A DNA stretch of 38,175 bases from the NCBI GenBank assembly GCA_041499435.1, contig JBGQKF010000003.1, positions 1-38,175 of the forward strand, written 5' to 3'. Positions 30,513 through 38,175 of this stretch are shown piece by piece. The number at the start of each line of letters is the position of its first letter. Position 1 is the stretch's first letter. The notes beneath the pieces were generated by a model. The model ran no database searches, was not told the origin of the DNA, and saw nothing but the letters and a program-made list of their open reading frames with translations. This DNA comes from Gammaproteobacteria bacterium (GTDB lineage: Bacteria; Pseudomonadota; Gammaproteobacteria; Burkholderiales; SHXO01). The translations under genes were made by a program, and so were the position numbers.

Positions 30513-30541
30513 TGTGGATAACTTTACCCGCGTGGTACTAT
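30513..30541 (+). promoter_or_regulatory. Perfect DnaA box and candidate extended -10 of the dnaA promoter
   Basis: TGTGGATAA (30513-30521) and TGG-TACTAT (30533-30541). Confidence 0.7.
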
Positions 30542-30584
30542 TGCGTTCTAATCTCGCGGGCTATTTCTCCCTCGCGCGGCGACT

Positions 30585-31931
30585 ATGAACAGCCTGTGGA
30601 CGCACTGCCTTCAGCACTTCCAGCGTGAACTTCCTGCGCAGCAGTTCCGAACATGGATCGCGCCGCTGAGCGCGGTCGCGGACGGGCATGTGCTCACTAT
30701 CACTGCGCCCAATCGGTTTGTGCTGCAATGGGTGAAGGATCGCTTCCTTCCAGTGATCGAGCAACTCGCACGTGAAACGGCCCCGGACCGGATGGATGTT
30801 GTCCTGCAATTGGCACAAACGACTAATGGTTCCGCAGCGGTGCTGCCTCCGCCAGCTACAACCGCAGCTCACACAATTCAGGGCGACGCAGGCAAGACCA
30901 GAGTGCGTGAGCACAGCCGCCTCAATCCCACCTTCACGTTTGATTCGTTCGTAACCGGAAAAGCCAACCAATTGGCGCGTGCTGCCGCTGTCCAGGTCGC
31001 CGAGCATCCCGGGACCGCTTACAACCCCCTCTTCATTTATGGGGGGGTCGGCTTGGGCAAAACGCACCTGATCCAGGCGATTGGAAACCTGGTTCACGAA
31101 CAAAATCCTCACGCCAACGTCCGTTACATTCATGCAGAGCAATATGTCTCAGATGTTGTGCGAGCCTACCAGCACAAAGCATTCGACGGCTTCAAGAAGT
31201 ATTACCACTCGCTCGATCTGCTGCTCATCGACGATATCCAGTTCTTCAGCGGGAAAAACCGAACTCAAGAGGAGTTCTTCTACGCTTTCAACGCGCTGAT
31301 CGATGCACATAAACAGGTAATCATTACGTGCGACACTTACCCCAAAGAGATCGCGGGTATGGAAGACCGCTTAATTTCCCGGTTCGGGTGGGGCCTCACC
31401 GTCGCGATCGAACCACCCGAACTGGAAATGCGCGTAGCTATACTGATAAAAAAAGCAGAAGCCGAAGGAGTACGGGTGCCGGAAGACGTGGCCTTCTTTA
31501 TCGCGAAGCACATCCAGTCAAATGTTCGGGAGTTGGAAGGCGCCTTGAAGCGCGTGCTGGCATACGCAAATTTTTCCAATCAGCCCTTGTCGCCGGGATT
31601 GGCGCGTGAGGCCCTCAAAGATGTTCTCGCCATACAATTCCGCCAGGTCACCATCGAAAACATCCAGAAGACTGTCGCGGATTACTACAAGATAAAAGTT
31701 TCGGAGATGTACTCGAAGAAACGCACGCGCAACGTCGCCCGTCCACGGCAGATTGCAATGGCTCTCGCCAAGGAGCTCACACAGCTCAGTCTCCCTGACA
31801 TCGGCGAGGCTTTCGGCGGGAGGGACCACACGACTGTTCTGCATGCATGTCGAAAGGTGGCTGAGCTCAAGATCGAAAGCCCCGAGATCACCCGGGATTT
31901 CCAGGCGTTGCTTCAAGTACTGCGCAGTTGA
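30585..31931 (+). CDS. dnaA: Chromosomal replication initiator DnaA
   Basis: [32 protein letters not shown] and [11 protein letters not shown]. Confidence 0.99.
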   Translation: MNSLWTHCLQHFQRELPAQQFRTWIAPLSAVADGHVLTITAPNRFVLQWVKDRFLPVIEQLARETAPDRMDVVLQLAQTTNGSAAVLPPPATTAAHTIQGDAGKTRVREHSRLNPTFTFDSFVTGKANQLARAAAVQVAEHPGTAYNPLFIYGGVGLGKTHLIQAIGNLVHEQNPHANVRYIHAEQYVSDVVRAYQHKAFDGFKKYYHSLDLLLIDDIQFFSGKNRTQEEFFYAFNALIDAHKQVIITCDTYPKEIAGMEDRLISRFGWGLTVAIEPPELEMRVAILIKKAEAEGVRVPEDVAFFIAKHIQSNVRELEGALKRVLAYANFSNQPLSPGLAREALKDVLAIQFRQVTIENIQKTVADYYKIKVSEMYSKKRTRNVARPRQIAMALAKELTQLSLPDIGEAFGGRDHTTVLHACRKVAELKIESPEITRDFQALLQVLRS

Positions 31932-32123
31932 TACGCATGGGGATAAGTTGTGCATGAAGGCACTTCGCAGCACATGTGGTAGAGCTACCCACAATTCATC
32001 CACTGCTTACACAATGGTTATTGGTCCTTCTCGAAATCGTCCTCTCTCCCGTGGAACGGGCCAATGCCGAGATGTCCACAACTGTGCCGCTAGCTTATTA
32101 GTAGTTACTAGAAAGAATAATCA
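31932..32123. other. Probable oriC: DnaA-box cluster plus AT-rich/DnaA-trio tract
   Basis: Boxes TGGGGATAA (31938), TGTGCATGA (31949), CTACCCACA (31985), TCATCCACT (31996) and ATGTCCACA (32072), then a GC patch and TAGCTTATTAGTAGTTACTAGAAAGAATAA. Confidence 0.68.
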
Positions 32124-33230
32124 ATGAGCCTAATACAAGTAGAGCGCAACCTTTTGCTGACTCCACTGCAAGCGGTAAGCGGCGTGGTAGAGCGCCGACA
32201 TACTCTTCCAATACTTTCCAATGTCCTGCTTGAGCTCGGCGACGGCGTCCTTTGTCTCACCGCTACCGACCTGGAGATACAGGTTGCGTCGCAGGCACAG
32301 ACTTCGGCCGCGAACGAAACCCAGGTTACGACGGTGTCGGCGCGCAAGCTGCATGACATCTTGAGGTCACTACCGGATGAGGCCGTAGTCGCGCTCGATT
32401 TGCAGGAGAAGCGTTTGCAGCTCAAGGCTGGAAAGAGCAAGTTCAGCTTGCAGACCCTGCCAGCTGCGGACTTTCCCAAGATTTCATCGGGGGGCGCGAG
32501 CGCAGCACGTGCCACATTGCCGCAAAATCAACTCAAGCGCCTGCTGGCGTTGGTTCAGTACGCGATGGCGCAGCAGGACATACGCTATTATCTGAACGGG
32601 TTGTTGCTCTCATTACAGCCAGATGCACTTGCGGTAGTAGCCACGGATGGACACCGGCTTGCGCTCGCTGCCTCGAAGGTTACCCTCGATACACCCGCTA
32701 CCGAGGTGATTCTGCCGCGTAAGGCTATCGTTGAATTGAGCAAGTTGCTGGCAGATTCTGATGAGCCGGTGGCCTTTGAGGTGCTCGACAATCAGGTCCG
32801 CTTCGGCTTTGGCGCGATCTCGTTCGTCACCAAGCTGGTCGATGGCAAGTTTCCGGACTACCAGAAGGTCGTCCCGACGAGCTACAAGAAACGCTTTACC
32901 GTTTCCAGAGCGGAGCTGCAGCAAGCCCTCCAGCGCGCGGCCATTCTATCCAACGAGAAATTCAGAGGGGTGCGCTGGGTCCTGACCTCGGGAAGCCTGC
33001 GCATCGTATGTACCAACAGTGAGCAGGAGGAAGCCGAGGAAGAACTCGAAGTCGACTATTCCGGGGATGCCCTGGATATCGGCTTCAACGTAAGCTATCT
33101 GCTCGACGTGCTGGCCAACGTGCAGACCACCGAGGTCGAATGCTCGCTCGGCGATTCAAACAGCAGTATGTTGATCACCATGCCCGCTGATGCATCGTTC
33201 AAGTACGTCGTCATGCCAATGCGGATCTGA
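32124..33230 (+). CDS. dnaN: DNA polymerase III beta clamp
   Basis: ERRHTLPILSN, ATDLEI, QDIRYYLNG, ATDGHRLA and YVVMPMRI. Confidence 0.99.
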   Translation: MSLIQVERNLLLTPLQAVSGVVERRHTLPILSNVLLELGDGVLCLTATDLEIQVASQAQTSAANETQVTTVSARKLHDILRSLPDEAVVALDLQEKRLQLKAGKSKFSLQTLPAADFPKISSGGASAARATLPQNQLKRLLALVQYAMAQQDIRYYLNGLLLSLQPDALAVVATDGHRLALAASKVTLDTPATEVILPRKAIVELSKLLADSDEPVAFEVLDNQVRFGFGAISFVTKLVDGKFPDYQKVVPTSYKKRFTVSRAELQQALQRAAILSNEKFRGVRWVLTSGSLRIVCTNSEQEEAEEELEVDYSGDALDIGFNVSYLLDVLANVQTTEVECSLGDSNSSMLITMPADASFKYVVMPMRI

Positions 33231-33242
33231 TGTCCAGGTTAA

Positions 33243-35663
<2,421 letters not shown>

Positions 35664-35665
35664 CG

Positions 35666-38175
35666 TCAGCCCCGAGCGCGGGCCGACGGTTTCTTCCTTG
35701 CAGACGAGCGCCCCGTCCGTTTCATCGGCTGGGGCGCCTCTTCCACTTTCGCTTTCGTTCGACTGGACCGTTTAGCCGCTGCCGCACGCACCTGGTTTCC
35801 CCGAGCCGCGCCCCGTGTCGCGGATGGTGCCGCCTTGGCGGACTTTGCCGCCAGAATCTCGAGTCCCTGCTCGAGTGTCAGCGCTTCAGGATCATAGTCT
35901 CGCGGTACCGTGGCATTGATGCGGCCGTGTTTGACGTAAGGTCCGTAACGCCCGGACATGAGGGTCACCGGTTTCTGGTCCTCCGGGTGCGCGCCTAGTT
36001 GCTTACCTGCTGCCGCGCGCTCACTCTTCGGTGCCGCGAGCAACTCAACCGCACGCTGCAAGGAGATGTCGTAAACGCTTTCGCTTTTCGGAATTGATTT
36101 GTAGGCACCATCGTGTTTGACGTAAGGGCCGAACGGTCCAATGTTCGCTTCGACCGGCTTCGCGGTTTCAGGGTGATTGCCGAGTTGGCGCGGCAGCGAC
36201 AGTAATTTCAGCGCAGTGTCCAGGTCTGCAGAAGCAACCGGAACGTTCTTGGGCCAGGCCGCTCGTTTCGGTTTGGTTTTAGCGCCAGGCTCCGTGGGTC
36301 CAAGTTGGACGTAGAACCCATACGGACCGCGCATGAGCAGAACCTCTTTGTCTGTCTTCGGATCCTTGCCAAGCTGCATGGGACCTTCCGCCAGGCTGCC
36401 CCACGGACGCGTGTAGTCGCACTTTGGATAGCGATTGCAGCCGACGAACAACCCGCGCCGGCTGTTCTGCAGGAACAAATCGCCCTTGTGGCACTTGGAG
36501 CATTTCTCGCCCAGCGGTACCCCCCTCGCGACATCCTGCTTTTGCGCCAGCGTGGCCGAGAAAGCGTCCCAGAACTCGCTCAGCACCGGCACCCACTCGC
36601 GCTTGCCGTTCGAGATGAAGTCGAGCTGATCCTCCATTCGGGCGGTAAAGTCATAGTCGATGTAGTGGTCGAAATGGGCGATCAGAAAGCCGTTGACCAA
36701 TCGTCCGAGATCGGTCGGAGTGAAGCGCTTCTTGTCCAGGTATGCATAACCCCGGTCTTGCAGCGTCGAGATGATGCTGGCATAGGTGGAAGGCCGCCCG
36801 ATGCCATGCTCTTCGAGCGTCTTCACCAGGCTGGCTTCGGTATAGCGTGGTGGTGGCTGGGTAAAGTGCTGCTCGCCGAACACTCGGTCAACCGGTATCT
36901 TCTCGCCCTCCTTCAACTGCGGGAGTTTCTCGTCACCCTCGTCACTCGAATCGTCGACGTCCTCCTTGTAGACGGCAATGAAGCCAGGAAACACCAGCGT
37001 TTGGCCGCTCGCTCGAAACAGAGTGTCTTTGCCTCCGACGCTGAGGTCCAGGCTGGTGGTATCGAACCGCGCCGGCGTCATTTGACACGCGAGCGTTCGT
37101 TTCCAGATCATCTCGTACAGCCTGGCCTGATCGGGTGTCAAGTAACGGCGGACTTGATCGGGCGTGCGCTGAATCGAGGTCGGCCTGATTCCCTCGTGGG
37201 CTTCCTGGGCGTTCTTCGATTTGCTGCGATAATGTATCGGTGCCTTGGGCAAGTAATCCGCGTTGAAATGCTTCCCGATGTAACCGCGGATCTCGTGTAG
37301 CGCTTCGTTGGCGAGGTTGGTGGAGTCGGTCCGCATATACGTAATGAGACCGACTGTCTCGCCGCCGGTATCGACTCCTTCGTACAGCTGCTGAGCTGTG
37401 CGCATCGCACGTTCTGCGGTCATTCCAAGCTTGCGCACCGCTTCCTGCTGCAGCGTGGAGGTGATGAATGGCGCAGACGGATAGCGCAACTTCGGCTTGC
37501 GCTCTACCTTGCTGACCGTCGCCTGACCGTTGGCTTCCTTCACCACCTCTTTCACCACCGCCTGCTGCTGTTCGTCGGTGGTGATGGTGAACTGCTCCAC
37601 TTTGTCGCCGCGATACTGAATCAGGCGCGCGCTGAAGCGATCAGCCGCTTTGTGGCTATCGAGGTGAATGGTCCAATACTCTTGGGTCTTGAACGATTCG
37701 ATCTCGTGCTCGCGCTCGACGATGAGGCGCAAAGCTGGACTCTGTACCCGTCCTGCGGACAAGCTGGGGCCGATCTTCTTCCAGAGCAGCGGCGAGAGGT
37801 TGAAGCCAACCAGATGATCCAGGGCGCGGCGCGCCTGTTGTGCATTGACCAGCTGCATCGAAATCGCCCGAGGGTTATCGACCCCTTCTTTGACCGCGGA
37901 CTCGGTGATCTCGTAGAACACCACGCGCCTTACAGGCGTGCTCTTCAGTCCCTTCTTGCTTTTCAGTATTTCCGATAGATGCCATGCAATCGCTTCGCCC
38001 TCTCGGTCGGGGTCCGTTGCCAGCAGAATCTGATCGGCTTCACCGGCTGCGCGCGCGATGGCATCAACGTGTTTCTTGTTCTTCTCGACCAGCGCATAGC
38101 GCATGCGAAAGTCGTGCTCTGGATCGACGGCGCCTTCCTTGGCTTCCAGATCACGGACGTGGCCATAGGAGGCCA
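35666..38175 (-). CDS. topA: DNA topoisomerase I; 5' end lies outside the window
   Basis: The frame stays open to the window edge (ASYGHVRDL). Motifs ATDPDREGE, SAGRVQ, catalytic ITYMRTDS, AQEAHE and GIGRPSTY. Confidence 0.96.
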   Translation of the reverse strand, partial: ASYGHVRDLEAKEGAVDPEHDFRMRYALVEKNKKHVDAIARAAGEADQILLATDPDREGEAIAWHLSEILKSKKGLKSTPVRRVVFYEITESAVKEGVDNPRAISMQLVNAQQARRALDHLVGFNLSPLLWKKIGPSLSAGRVQSPALRLIVEREHEIESFKTQEYWTIHLDSHKAADRFSARLIQYRGDKVEQFTITTDEQQQAVVKEVVKEANGQATVSKVERKPKLRYPSAPFITSTLQQEAVRKLGMTAERAMRTAQQLYEGVDTGGETVGLITYMRTDSTNLANEALHEIRGYIGKHFNADYLPKAPIHYRSKSKNAQEAHEGIRPTSIQRTPDQVRRYLTPDQARLYEMIWKRTLACQMTPARFDTTSLDLSVGGKDTLFRASGQTLVFPGFIAVYKEDVDDSSDEGDEKLPQLKEGEKIPVDRVFGEQHFTQPPPRYTEASLVKTLEEHGIGRPSTYASIISTLQDRGYAYLDKKRFTPTDLGRLVNGFLIAHFDHYIDYDFTARMEDQLDFISNGKREWVPVLSEFWDAFSATLAQKQDVARGVPLGEKCSKCHKGDLFLQNSRRGLFVGCNRYPKCDYTRPWGSLAEGPMQLGKDPKTDKEVLLMRGPYGFYVQLGPTEPGAKTKPKRAAWPKNVPVASADLDTALKLLSLPRQLGNHPETAKPVEANIGPFGPYVKHDGAYKSIPKSESVYDISLQRAVELLAAPKSERAAAGKQLGAHPEDQKPVTLMSGRYGPYVKHGRINATVPRDYDPEALTLEQGLEILAAKSAKAAPSATRGAARGNQVRAAAAKRSSRTKAKVEEAPQPMKRTGRSSARKKPSARARG

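Noticed and set aside
32044-32057. CGTGGAAC as a third parS site in the dnaA-dnaN spacer
   Set aside because: Only one arm matches; the other has four mismatches.

Overview
A GC-rich betaproteobacterial chromosome segment spanning the replication origin region. From left to right: thrB (partial), a LOG-family gene and polA; msbA; zapB-like, zapA, 6S RNA, EVE and TauE; a PdsS/PdsR-like two-component pair with a divergent 43-aa signal-peptide-like ORF; a three-gene unit (M20 amidohydrolase, fused MdcD-MdcE-like carboxyltransferase, matB); the full atpIBEFHAGDC operon; parB, parA, rsmG and mnmG with two tandem parS sites; mnmE, yidC, yidD, rnpA and rpmH; dnaA, a probable oriC, dnaN and gyrB; and a convergent topA (partial). 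I saw no mobile elements, CRISPR arrays, rRNA or tRNA. The most notable points are: (1) a possible ACP-free malonate to malonyl-CoA to acetyl-CoA module built on an MdcDE fusion; (2) an orphan Pds sortase-system regulator pair facing a signal-peptide-only ORF; (3) a Pol I with substituted proofreading residues; (4) an FNR-type box at class II spacing in front of atpB. All calls come from motif recognition by eye; no database searches were run.
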